A stretch of 34,963 nucleotides of DNA, taken from Octopus bimaculoides. Lineage: Eukaryota. The notes under the pieces are model-generated. The model ran no database searches. It was given only the letters and a program-made list of their open reading frames with translations, and was not told the DNA's origin. A program made the position numbers and the translations under genes. Positions 10,826-21,902 of the stretch are shown one piece after another (the first letter of the stretch is position 1; each line of letters starts with the position of its first letter). The stretch lies in the NCBI RefSeq assembly GCF_001194135.2, contig NC_068987.1, forward strand, positions 13,876,992 through 13,911,954. Reading direction: 5' to 3'.

Positions 10826-11310
10826 GTTATTATAATAATTATTATTATTAAGGCAGCAAGCTGGCAAAATTGTTAGTACGCCAGGCAAAATGCTTGGCAG
10901 TATTTCATCACTCTTTATGATCTGAGTTCGAATTCCTCTGAGGTCAACTTCACCTTTCATCCTTTCAGGGTCATTAAATTAAGTACCAGTTGAGTACTGG
11001 GGGTCGATGTAATCGACTAGCCCTCTCCCCACAAATTTCAGGCCTTGTGCCTTTAGTAGAAAGGATTGTTATTATTATCTAGTTAGAAGGCAGTGAGCTG
11101 GTAGAATCATTAGCATGCTGGACAAAATACTAAGTGGTATTTTGCCATTGCTATGTTCTGAGTTCAAATTCTGCCAGGGTCAACTTTGCCTTTCATCCTT
11201 TCAGGGTCGATAAATAAAGTACCAGTGATACACTGAGTTGATGTAATCGACTAGTCCCCTCCCCCAAATTTCAGGCCTTGTGCCTACAGCAGAAAGGATT
11301 ATTATTATTA
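10162..11310 (+). mobile_element. Head-to-tail array of about 5 family B SINEs separated by (TTA)n
   Basis: Recurrent ggcagtgagctg...aaaatgc...gttcaaattc...ttcatcctttc.gggtc...gatgtaatcgact...agaaaggattattatt. Confidence 0.85.
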
Positions 11311-11880
11311 TCTAGTTTGCTAATTAGCTAATCAATTGTTTGATCAATCAATCAATCAATTCATTAGAGTCCTGTCTATGACTTTATCAATGGCATGCAC
11401 TTCTTTCACAAGCTCTTTGTGACAAAAGTAGAGCAGATGAGGACATATCAATGAGAAGGTTGCAAACAGTGGCAAAAAGACTCTGATGAACCAACTCAGT
11501 GAATTGTTAATTAGCTAATTGATTAGTTAATTAGCTAACTGTTTCCAATTTTGGGTACAAGTCCACAAATTTCTTTTTGAGTGGAATGAGATTAGCTTGT
11601 TGAAGTCAATTCTAGTACTTGACTGGTACTTTATTTTATTAATCCTGGAAGAATGAAAAGCAAAAATTGACCTTTAAGTGATTTTGTACTCGGAACATAA
11701 AGAGCCAGAATAAAACAGTGCACTAATGATTTTGTCTGTCCACTATCCTTGCCTGATAGGAATAAAAGTTAGTGATATATAGCCATTGTGTGTGTTTTTA
11801 TTGACAAAATGAATCACCCAAGGTGCAATAACATTTTTTTATTGATTTTCATACATCAATAAATGTACAATCTGATATCA

Positions 11881-12310
11881 TCATCATCATCATCGTTTAA
11901 CGTCCGCTTTCCATGCTGGCATGGGTTGGACGGTTTGACTGAGGACTGGTTAGCCAGAGGCTGCACCAGGCTCAATCTGATCTGGCAAAGTTTCTACTGC
12001 TGGATGCCCTTCCTAATGCCAACCACTTCGAGAGTGTAGTGGGTGCTTTTATGTGACTCTGGTACGAGGGTCAGTCAGGTGGTTCTGGCACCGTCACGCT
12101 CAAAATGGTGTTTTTTACGTGCTACCTGCACAGGGGCCAGTCCGGTGGCACTGGCAACAACCACACTCAAATGTTTTTCACATACCACCGGCACGGGAGC
12201 CAATCCGTGGCCCTGGCAACGATCATGCTCAGATGTGCTTTTAATGTTCCACTGGTACGAGTGCCAATCAAGTGGTACTGTCATTGGCCACATCAGCGAT
12301 TTTGATTTTG
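11881..12310 (-). mobile_element. SINE family C with (GAT)n tail and internal gtgccaccggcacg-like subrepeats
   Basis: (CAT)n then cgtttaacgtccgctttccatgctggcatgggttggacgg; related copies at 12465-12810, 18717-18915 and 25682-25780. Confidence 0.8.
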
Positions 12311-12464
12311 ATAAATACATATTTACTTAGTGATTCAGTTAAACTGTTTCAACAATTACAGTGAAATCTGTGTTTCATTGAGGGGGTCAAAATAAAACCA
12401 AAATATGTTGAAAGTTGTCTGTTGAAAGTTGTAATCAGCAGAAAAATGAAAATAGTATGGACCA

Positions 12465-12810
12465 TTCATCATCATCATCTAACGTCCATTGTCCATGCTG
12501 GCATGGGTTGGATGATTTGACTGGGCTGGCCTACTGGAAAGCTGTACCAGTCTCAAGTATTATTTAGCATGGTTTTCTACAGCTGGTTGCCCTTCCTAAC
12601 ACCAACCACTCCAAGAGTGTAATGGGTGATTTTATGTGCTACCGGCACGGGTGCTATTTGCGTGACACCAGTATCTGCCACGACCACGATTTTGCCCGGC
12701 TTGATGGGTCTTCTTCTCAAGCATGACATAATGTCAAAGGTTTTGGTCATTGCCTCCGTGAGACCCAATGCTCAAAAGGAACTCAGCCACCTCCATGAGA
12801 CCCAACACTC
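12465..12810 (-). mobile_element. SINE family C
   Basis: Collinear with 11881-12310. Confidence 0.8.
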
Positions 12811-12850
12811 ATTTTTCATCACATGTTTTTTTCTATAGTTAGCTGTTCAA

Positions 12851-13063
12851 CCCTTTGTTTAGGATATTTCTGACTGACTTTATTTCAGTTCATTTCGAAA
12901 ATAATGAAGATTTTAATAAAATAAGTTTGTTGTTATTAATATGGTGTTTGAAGCATAAATTAAAAGGAAATTTTGATGACAGACATTAATTTAGGTCACT
13001 GTAAAACAAGGAGTTTGTATTATAGACCCAGAACAGCCTCATGCAAGTTGATACAAAAAAAAG
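12851..13063 (+). mobile_element. piggyBac-type MITE, family P2
   Basis: TCAA|CCCTTTG ... AAAAAG|TTAA; shares gatatttctg, aaataatgaaga and ggtgtttg blocks with 27669-28127. Confidence 0.7.
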
Positions 13064-13765
13064 TTAATGCACCCAACATTACATATCTTAACTTAGGTAT
13101 ATTTAATATTGTTTTCTTCATAGAGATAACATCACTGATTTATTTCATCTCTTAGCATTGCTATTTTCTTACACCAGTAAATTTACGATATTTTATATTT
13201 ACTTAGTGATGAATTCACTAAGATATATGGAGGAGGTCAGAATCAGATCAAAACTTGTGTAAAGCTATCTATTGTACTGCACATAAGAGTGAAAATGATA
13301 TTAATCTACTGACTAATTTTATTAGCTTTTTAATAATGCTCCATGTATTAAGTACACTAACTTATTTGTATACTTCAATGGTTACTTATTCTATGTGACA
13401 CCCTAACAATTCACCCCCTTATTGTTTTGGTATTCTAAGGTTGAATCTGACCAAAGTTGAGGGTGACTACGTATCTTATCCTTTTGGGAGTTCATTCAAT
13501 AAAGTACGAGTGAAGTACAAGTACTGGAGTTGATTCTTTCTCTGTCCCTTTCTGAGTTGGTTGTGTTGCGTACTGAAAAACTAAAATGAGATGATTGAGT
13601 GCAGTTGTTTGAATGTTGACAATTTGGCATGACCTGCTGGACATCCAGCTTGTTTAGCGACTGTGCTTTTTGGCACTTGGAGACATACACATGAACATAC
13701 ATGTGCAGAAATATACTCATGTGGATATAAAAAGACAGAGAAAGAGGTTACAATTCATTAATCAA

Positions 13766-13942
13766 CCTTTTAGCATTCAGATTTCTCTTTCAAAAGTAAT
13801 GCTTATTTATTCACATTGATAAAAAATTTGTCATGCGTTACCTTCAAGCTTAGAGATTTCAATAATGTGGTTGTTTGTTTTTAAAATAATATCGTAAAGT
13901 AAGCGTGAGAGGTCGGATCTGGCCAGTTTAAATGCTAGATGG
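13766..13942 (-). mobile_element. piggyBac-type MITE, family P1, shortened and reversed
   Basis: TCAA|CCTTTTAGCATTCAGA ... TTTAAATGCTAGATGG|TTAA; interior is the reverse complement of P1 motifs. Confidence 0.7.
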
Positions 13943-14405
13943 TTAAACATGACTGACATAAGCACTTTCCTTCTCTTCATACATGTAAAGAGAAATTTGT
14001 TCACAGAGATAAACAGTGGGAAAGGTTGGGAGGGAGAGAGGACATTATTCATAAATTGAACTCGATTGTCATAAACACCTTTTTGTTCTCGTATATACAT
14101 GAAGAGAAATATATTTACGTTCATAAACGGAGGGGTGGGGGAGAGAAAGGAGTAGGAGAGAATGAAAGAAATATTAAAATGTCTGATGTCAAGTAAGTCA
14201 GTGTCAAATCAGCGATGCCAAAATGGCTGTGCCAGAATGTCTCATACCCACTTATAGTGTCCATTTCTTCAGAAATGGAGACTGGCTGAGTCATGGGATT
14301 AGCAGCAGCCTCTCTTCAGAAAAAAAAAAAAAGATTAACACATTGGTAGAACTATCCAATGATGGACTGATGTGCAAGTACAGCTTGGAATAAAAGTTAT
14401 TCACA

Positions 14406-14785
14406 GGCACAGATATGGCTGTGTGGTTAAGAAGCTTGCCTTGCAACCACATAGTTTCAGGTTCAGTCCTACTGAGCAGCACTTGGGGAAAATGTCTGCC
14501 ACTATAGCCCAGAACCAACCAATACCATGTAAGCGGATTTGGTAGGTGGAAACCTTGTGGAAGCCCATCGTGTGTGTGTGTGTGTGTGTGTGAGTTTGTT
14601 CCTCCCCTACCATCACTTGACAACCAGTGTTGGTTTGTTTATGTCCCCATAACTTAGTGGTTTGGCAAAAAGAGATCAGATAGAATAAGTACTGGGGTCA
14701 ATTTGTTCAGCTAAAAAAGCCTTTCAAGGCCATGCCCCAGTATGGCCACAGTCCAGTGGCTGAAACAAGTAAAAGATAAAAGATC
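14406..14785 (+). mobile_element. Family A SINE
   Basis: Full head-to-tail collinearity with 119-520. Confidence 0.85.
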
Positions 14786-15179
14786 GATTACTAAATGGGA
14801 GAGATTTTCTCATTTATCTTCACTATCTAGCAATTAAGACTAAATCAATTCACCAAATTTCCAATGCCAGGAATAAGTTTAGATCTACATGCAAAAGAAC
14901 TGATGGTTTCAAGATTTCATTGCTGTGCCAGGCATGTTTGTTGCTGACTATATAGTTCACCAAAGAACCATCTATTATGTGATTGATTTTATTGATATTG
15001 TAGGAAGAATTAGAATGATTTATTGCAACATGCTATTTTTAAATTTAATAAATAATTTCTTTTTTATCTTCTTTGTTATTTGATTAATGAGTAAGCGTTT
15101 GCATCCTTTCTGTTTAATTCATCTTTTGATTTCTGGGTTTTCTGATTGTTCCTTTAATATTTTATCATTCTTTTATTAT

Positions 15180-15475
15180 CATGGCTTAGTGGTTACAGCA
15201 TCAGGCTTACACTCGTGAAGTTGTGAGTTTGATTCCCAGACCAGGCTGTGTGTTGTGTTGTGTTCTTGAGCAAGACACTTTATTTCATGTTGGTCCAGTT
15301 CACTTAGCTGTAGAAATAATTTGCAATGTTACTCATGCCAAGCTGTATCAGCTTTTGCCTTTCCTTTGGGCAACATTGATGGGAGACTGGTATGCATGGA
15401 TGACAAACTAACTACCTTGCCCAGACTTGTGCCTAGGATGGTAACTTTCTAGGTACAATCCCTTGGTCATTTATA
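15180..15475 (+). mobile_element. Family E SINE
   Basis: tggcttagtggtt A-box, gagtttgattccc B-box, gttcttgagcaagacacttt central block. Confidence 0.8.
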
Positions 15476-15840
15476 TTTTGCAAACAACTTGCACATACAA
15501 GTGCTACCAGTCGAAAGCTCTGCATACTAGAAACCAGGTAGTATATGAGGTCATCAGGAGAGAATGTGCACTGTTTCAGGGCCTACCTCTCGACAGCATC
15601 AATGCATGTCCCCCCACACCTCACTGATATGAGGCCCTGCTTGCTAGGTCAACTGGTTATCAAATAAAACTCAATATTCTTCTAGCCATTGCTCATCGTC
15701 TCTTTTTAACCAAGAGACGATGAGAAAACAAAAAAAAATCAAACATGGTCTTTGTGTGTGTGTGTGTGTGTATAATATATATGGAAAGAGAGAGAGAACT
15801 GTGACTAGTTCTGATAAGGAGATATATTTATTCTTGTGTC

Positions 15841-15894
15841 TGTATGTATATGTGTGTCTATATATAAATTATTTGTGTCTATATATAAATTATT

Positions 15895-15930
<36 letters not shown>

Positions 15931-16131
15931 TATATATATGTATATATGTGTATGTATATATGTATATATGTGTATATATATGTGTATATATATATGTATA
16001 TATGTGTATATATATATGTATATATATATATGTGTATATGTATANNNNNNNNNNATATGTATATATATATGTATATATATATATATATATATGTATGTAT
16101 ATATATGTATATATATATATGTGTGTGTGTG

Positions 16132-16162
<31 letters not shown>

Positions 16163-16165
16163 GTG

Positions 16166-16197
<32 letters not shown>

Positions 16198-16200
16198 CAC
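15841..16200. repeat. Compound (TA)n/(TG)n microsatellite containing a 10-N gap (16045-16054)
   Basis: Direct reading. Source of the spurious YI/CV-rich ORFs. Confidence 0.95.
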
Positions 16201-16572
16201 ATTTTCCTGGGTTTGTACCATTTTGGGGTCCCCCCCCCTCCGGTCTCCTATTCATTAGTGTACCTTGGGTACAAAGTGCATTCCCCCAACATTATATAGT
16301 GTGTTACAGGTGGGAACAGCCTGACTTCAGTCAATGTTGAAGTGGCACCGAAACTCATGCTGAACTGCTGTGATAGACTTGTTATTCTTCACGTAACTGT
16401 CGTAGGCAAACACAATGCTCTATCATCCACAGCGCCAGGTCTTCATCTGAAAAGAAAAAAATGCTAAGACATCACAGACTGAATGGTACCTGTCAGACAT
16501 GTGTGTGTGTGTGCCCCCGGGGTGCTGAGTAATAGCCATTTCAAAAATGTCCATCCTCTCTGCCCCACCCTG
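16200..16572 (-). mobile_element. 5' end of a Tc1/mariner-like element with degenerate DUF4817-type HTH transposase N-terminus
   Basis: Minus strand begins TA|CAGGGTGGGGCAGAGAGGATGGAC. The frameshifted translation FAYDSYVKNNKSITAVQHEFRCHFNID*SQAVPTCNT / [18 protein letters not shown] resembles DUF4817 transposases. It ends in a (TA/TG)n array; no second TIR seen. Confidence 0.75.
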
Positions 16573-16905
16573 TATAAGTGTGTCTGGATATAGCACTTTC
16601 TGAACATGAAACTTGAAGTAGCTCATGTATAATTCCTGCATTCATTAAATTATATAATACGTAAAATATAACATGAGTTATCCCAGAAGAAGCATAATAG
16701 GCATTGCATAGGGATTGAACCTGAAAATTTTGGCTCAGTTGTCCAGCATTTTTAATTGGCAGCTTGGACATTTCTGGTTAGAATCAAGTTTTGGCATTCT
16801 GTTACCCAACAGTGCTCCATATATATATATATATATATATTTTTGCTGCCTCTCACAATTTGGCAAGTATAATCAGCCTATATATTTGTCTCTGTCTGTA
16901 TATAT

Positions 16906-16930
16906 CTATCTTTCTTTTTCTCTCTCTTCT

Positions 16931-16975
<45 letters not shown>
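16906..16975. repeat. (CT)n microsatellite
   Basis: Direct reading. Confidence 0.9.
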
Positions 16976-16976
<1 letters not shown>

Positions 16977-17144
16977 TCCTTCATGCTTACTCTCTGTTCA
17001 AACTGAACTTCAGAAATGATGGCCTGTTTCATTAAGGTCAGTAGGTTTGGCAGTGGTAACATTTGCTTTGGCTGGAAACAATTGATTACAAACTGGAATG
17101 GGCTGCAAAGTTATAACCTGTCTGTTAAGTTAGCAGAGGCAAGA

Positions 17145-17172
17145 TGTGTGTGTGTATGTATATATATATATA

Positions 17173-17220
<48 letters not shown>

Positions 17221-17379
17221 NNNNNNNNNNNNNNNNNNNNNNNNNNNNNNNNNNNNTATAAAAAAAGAAAAAGAATGAAGAATATCACAAAATTACTTTA
17301 AAAAGATGATGAGAAAAGCCTCATATTTTATTGATAGTTCCATTCTGTAGAAATATACTATTATTATTATTATTATTAT

Positions 17380-17423
<44 letters not shown>

Positions 17424-17435
17424 ATAGTAGTAGTA
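17145..17435. repeat. (TG)(TA)n array ending in gap 17221-17256, and (ATT)n(AGT)n array at about 17358-17435
   Basis: Direct reading. Confidence 0.9.
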
Positions 17436-17682
17436 TTGTTTATTGATTGGTTGACTTGGGAGCTGAAATCATTAAGTCTTTCATGTAGAAAGAAACATGA
17501 CTAGATCAAAAATAGATTTATAAGTTATATCTGATTTTTGCCTATTTAGTCCTCATTAAAATGTATGCATGTGTATATGGGCGTGGGTAATTATGTGTGC
17601 TTGTAGGCATGCATAGAAATTTGTTTGCTTGTTATCAGTCTGTGTAATTTGTATGTGTATGTGTGTATAAATGTATGTATGC

Positions 17683-18410
17683 GTTTATGGCTGTGTGTTA
17701 GAAACTCATTCTACAACCTCAGAGTTTTAGGTTCAATTCCATTGCATGGCACTTTAGGCAAACGTCTTGTTTTCAGCTCTGGGCACACCAAAGCCTTGTG
17801 AATGAATTTTGTAGATGAGAACTGTGGAAGCCTCTCACATACATACATACATACATGTGTGTGTGTTCACCCTCACCACTATTGCTTGACAGCTGGTATT
17901 GGTTTGTTTATGTCTCTGTAATTTAGTGGTTCAGCAAAAGAGATTGATAGAATAAGTACCAGACTTTAAAAAAAAAAAATTAAGTATTACTAGAGTCAAA
18001 ACTAAGGGTTCTCAACCATTTTTTACCTCTGGACTCCTTTGATTACTATGTTATTCTAGTGGACCCCATAGCCATTCGATGTCTAAAAACTAGTTTTACA
18101 GAAACTTCTTTCAAAATTTCTATATTGGTTTTTATACATTAGCTTGTGTAGGTTGTACTATGTAAAATGTTAGAGAAAGAAACCTAGCTGTTTCTTGCAA
18201 TGCATACCGATACATATATCTAGAGCAAGACTTTTTCAGGGGCTGTTAAATTACTATTGTAGATCTCTGATTTATTATTTTGTTGTGTGAAGCCCCACAC
18301 AATTTTCTATATGGACTTTCAGGGACCATATGGACCCCAGTTGAGAACCACTGGACTAAACGCTTGAAGGTGGTGCAGTCCAATGACTGAAACCAGTAAA
18401 TGATAAAAAA
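17683..18410 (+). mobile_element. Family A SINE split by the hAT-like MITE
   Basis: Head at 17683-18002, tail at 18354-18410. Confidence 0.75.
18003..18353. mobile_element. hAT/Charlie-like MITE inserted in a family A SINE
   Basis: Ends ..GGGTTCTCAAC and GTTGAGAACCACTG (CAGTGGTTCTCAAC-type terminus). The SINE 3' tail resumes at 18354. The 8-bp TSD is not clean. Confidence 0.65.
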
Positions 18411-18716
18411 ATTGAAGAAATACTCCTTTTGAGGCGGAGAATAAGACTAGCTCACACATAGACACACATGTGCGCACATACAAACACACGCATTTCAATA
18501 TACAAATGCGAAGAAGAGTACTCAATACCTGTTGTACTCATATTTTCTTGCCATGTGCAATTCACCAGCAGCCCTAAAAATATAGATGGAAAACCTCGGT
18601 CAGGGTGGAAGTTCAGGAACATGTTGAAATATGTTTTTAATTTTCATTTTTCATATCCTGTTTACAGCTCTGTTTTGTAAATCGCAATAATACAAACAAA
18701 TTCCTCTCCAATTTCT

Positions 18717-18915
18717 TTGTCACCATCATCATCAACATATGTCCCTTTTCCATGCTGGCATAGGTTGGACAGTTTGACAGGAGCCGGCCAGCTGAAGAGC
18801 TGCCCAGGCTACATGTCTGTTTTGCCATGGTTTCTATGGTTGGATGCCTTTCCTAACACCAACCACTTTATAGAATATACAAGGTGCTTTTTACATGGCA
18901 CCAGTACCAATCATT
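18717..18915 (-). mobile_element. SINE family C, partial
   Basis: (CAT)n + ttttccatgctggcataggttggacagtttgac. Confidence 0.75.
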
Positions 18916-19140
18916 TTCTTTATTACACCTCTCCCACTCATCTCCAAAATTATTTTTCTAAAAGCTTGATATAACTACATATTTGTAGCAAAGGTTTATT
19001 GTTTGGCTATTAGAGATATCTGCAATTATATTCCTATGCGTTTTGTGTTGGGTAGGCTTTCAAATTGGCTTGCTTCATTCTAAAATTTTGTTTTGTTGTG
19101 ATTTATTACACAGAGGATGATTAAGTTACAGACTTTGAAA

Positions 19141-19530
19141 ACATTATTTACATTATTTACATTTGACGGATATTCGTCCTCATCTTGTTTGTTGTTAACA
19201 CAACGTTTCGGCATATGGCGTAGTGGTTAAGAGCGCGGGCTACTAACCCCAAGGTTCCGAGTTCGATTCACGGCAGCGACCTGATTAATAATAGTAATAA
19301 TAATAATAGTAATAATAATAATAATAATATAATAATAATAATAATAATAATAATATCGATAGGAATGAGAACCCAGGTTCGAAATTTCCCCAAGACACCT
19401 GACGAAGGCTGGAGGGTATATCAGCCAAAACGTTGTGTTAACAACAAACAAGATGCGGGCGAATATCCGTCAAATGTAAATAATGTAAATAATGTAAATA
19501 ATTCCTCATCTCTTAAATATAGAACTGTAT
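19141..19530 (+). mobile_element. Composite non-autonomous retroelement: inverted 72-bp 3' copy + tRNA-like head + (AAT)n + hammerhead-bearing 3' module
   Basis: A-box TGGCGTAGTGG 19216-26, B-box GTTCGATTC 19261-69, (AAT)n about 19286-19355, hammerhead 19394-19439. 19141-19212 is the reverse complement of 19424-19495 (69/72). Confidence 0.75.
19394..19439 (+). ncRNA. Minimal type I hammerhead motif with palindromic stem III (ACGT), G12 mutated to A, probably inactive in this copy
   Basis: GACAC 19394-98 / GTGTT 19435-39 (stem I). CTGACGA 19399-405 plus an extra A. Stem II GGCTG / CAGCC. AAAA at 19427-30 where GAAA is expected, then CGTT. The inverted copy at 19204-19212 retains GCCGAAACG. 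Confidence 0.7.
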
Positions 19531-20019
19531 TTGAAAACATATTATGATATTATTATTTAGAATTCCCCTTGCTCTGGTTTTTGTGTTTAATTTTATTCAT
19601 TTATTTATTGATTTGGATTAGAAAGTTTTGAATTTGTAGACACTATGGTGAACGAGAGAATCTGTTATAGTCTCAGAAGAAATACTTTATTGTATTAATT
19701 TACATAACTTCAGTTCATACACTGGTCAGGTCAACTTTGTCTTCCATCAATATATAATATGTACTATTATAGTACATATGTGTGTATGTGTGCTTGCACT
19801 ATAATTATAATACATCCAAATACAATATTCATATGTATTGTATGTATATTTGGTGTTGTAGGAGCTTTCCTTGGATACTGTCTTGCGGCAAATGTACATA
19901 TAAATAAAACACATTATGTATGTGTGACCGATAATATTTATTATATATTATAGTACATATTATTATGTGCATATAGTAAAATGCATAATATGTACACAAT
20001 TAATGTCATATGTACTATA

Positions 20020-20365
20020 GGTGCATGTATGGCTGTGTGGCTAAGAAGCTCGCTTTACTACCTTATGGTTTCAGGTTCAGTCTCACTGCGTGGCACTTTG
20101 GGCAAGTTTCTTGGACTGACCAATGCCTTATGTATGAATTTCGTAGATGGAAACTGTGTGGAAGCCAGTGTGTGTGTCTGTTACGTATGTTGCATGTGTG
20201 CCTTTGTGTTTGTCCCACACCACTTGACAACCAGTGTTGGTTTCTTTACATCCCTGTAACTTAGCAGTTTGGCAAAAGAAACTGATATAGTATGTACTGG
20301 GATCAATTTGTTGACCAAACCCTTTAGGACGGTGCCCCGGCATGGCCACTGTTGAAGATAAAGGA
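20020..20365 (+). mobile_element. Family A SINE
   Basis: Collinear with 119-520. Confidence 0.8.
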
Positions 20366-20939
20366 TAGGCAAGTACTGAAGGTTGATGTAGTATGATCAG
20401 TAGTTCTCTTGAAGGTGATGTCCTAGCATAAGCACCAAATGCAATGACAAACCAACGAAAGAATATCTAATAATTGGATTACTTTTTAATTTCAAAACAG
20501 CATTAATTAATGAAAATTGAAAACTGTTTTCGCCAATAAAGATGGATGTCTATTTCAACCTGAAACATTTCTTCTTCTCATAGCATTCAGTGTAAGTTGT
20601 TAATTCTTGCTAATACAGGCAATTACATATGCAAGTGGCTGGGGGCCTGCTCTTGGTGGCACTTTTATCAGGGCTACAATTTTAGGTTTGCTATATAGAC
20701 CCAGTGGTGCTTGGGACTAACTCAAGGGCTGCTCGGAATAGCATACATTGTAGCTATGCCACTGAACATTACAGGCCTTCACTAGTCTTCTCAAGTTACA
20801 AGATCTTTCAAAGTGTTGCTATTAAAATACAAATGAGGATCACTGAAATAGCAATGGTGATGTTTGCTTTGGGACTGATGAGAAAGGGAAACTAAAGCAT
20901 GCCCTATAATAATTGAACGAGAAGGGCTACTCAACCCGA

Positions 20940-21165
20940 AGAAAATTCTAACCTGCAAGGTCATGCGCTGTTTATTTTGATATGAGATCACCATGTTGCG
21001 CACATATGGTTGTGATGCATGTGTCTGATGTACCCTTATCAGACAAGTAGTCATGATGGGTACAGTGGGCTTCGTATATTTGTACCCCAGTGTCACTTTG
21101 ATGACACGCACTGCTCTCTCACTCAATGATGATGATGATGATAATAATAATAATAATAGCAGCCA
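20940..21165 (+). mobile_element. Probable retroposon 3' end with (GAT)n(AAT)n tail
   Basis: GC-richer block ending ctgctctctcactcaa followed by a trinucleotide tail. Single copy in this window, so repetitiveness is recalled, not shown. Confidence 0.45.
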
Positions 21166-21299
21166 TTATCATTTTCATAATCCTCATTATGATAACCATC
21201 AATTTTTTTTTCTTTTGTTTTGTTTTCTTTTGGGGTTCCTTTTCACTATTAATGTTTGTAATGTTTACATTGCTATTCAACAACTGGTTCCAGAATGGC

Positions 21300-21460
21300 T
21301 TTTTTATAATAACTTCATATTTCTTGTGTCAACTCTTAGACCAATCGCATTACACTTATCTTTTTTGCGTTTCCCCACTTTTTTAAAGCAACTTTCCTTT
21401 TTGGATTTTCCTGCAATTAACATCTGTTGTCAACAATTGCTGGGGTTCCACTGCAATCCC
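21300..21460. repeat. Old dispersed repeat, second copy at about 25320-25470
   Basis: Shared ordered blocks aacttcat, cattac, tcccca.ttttt, cctgcaattaa, tcaacaattg.tggg, actgcaa. Confidence 0.55.
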
Positions 21461-21551
21461 CCTTTATTACTACTGCAACCCCTACTACTACTACTACTAC
21501 TACTACTACTGCATCTTAAACATCAAAAGCTGTTTGGTTTACATAGTGGTG

Positions 21552-21582
<31 letters not shown>

Positions 21583-21871
21583 GTAATAATGATAATAATA
21601 AACAATAATTTATGAAGATTGACGTAAGTTTTTATGAAGATAAATTCACAATAAGAAGAGTGTGATACGATATGTAATAAATAGAGACTGACCCTTTTCC
21701 AAAAGGAATGCAGGATATTGCAGTTTCAAATTTTGAATTTCTGTATTTCTGCGTATTTCCCATTTTTTAAAATTTTGAACCCAGGGAAGACAAACATACC
21801 TTAGAAATATTGTTCAATTCAATAGAGTCAATCTCTATTGCTTACATATTGTATCACGCTCTTCTGATTGT

Positions 21872-21902
<31 letters not shown>

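Noticed and set aside
10162-11310. Regularly spaced repeats as a CRISPR-like array
   Set aside because: Eukaryotic context; units are about 220-bp diverged SINEs with microsatellite linkers, not short repeats with unique spacers.
11483-11510. CTGATGA followed by a weak hairpin
   Set aside because: No GAAA and no stem I/III partner.
15500-15640. TCATCAGG (CCTGATGA on minus) next to a hairpin and a GAAA, resembling a third hammerhead
   Set aside because: Motif order and strand do not fit any hammerhead permutation: no GAAA after stem II on the minus strand, and the plus strand has CTGATATGA with a mismatched stem III.
15805-16340. Several 100-140 aa ORFs rich in YI/CV/HT, and similar ones at 31069-31875
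   Set aside because: Translations of (TA)n/(TG)n/(CA)n microsatellites and N-gaps; no coding signal.
19213-19282. Functional tRNA gene
   Set aside because: No acceptor stem pairing, 3-bp anticodon stem, mismatch in the T stem; it is a SINE head.
20584-20591. 8-nt AG/GTAAGT-bounded candidate microexon CATTCAGT; similar candidates at 13156-13176, 33548-33553 and 33575-33588
   Set aside because: Such short AG..GT intervals are expected by chance in 26 kb of AT-rich intron; no homology support without cDNA.
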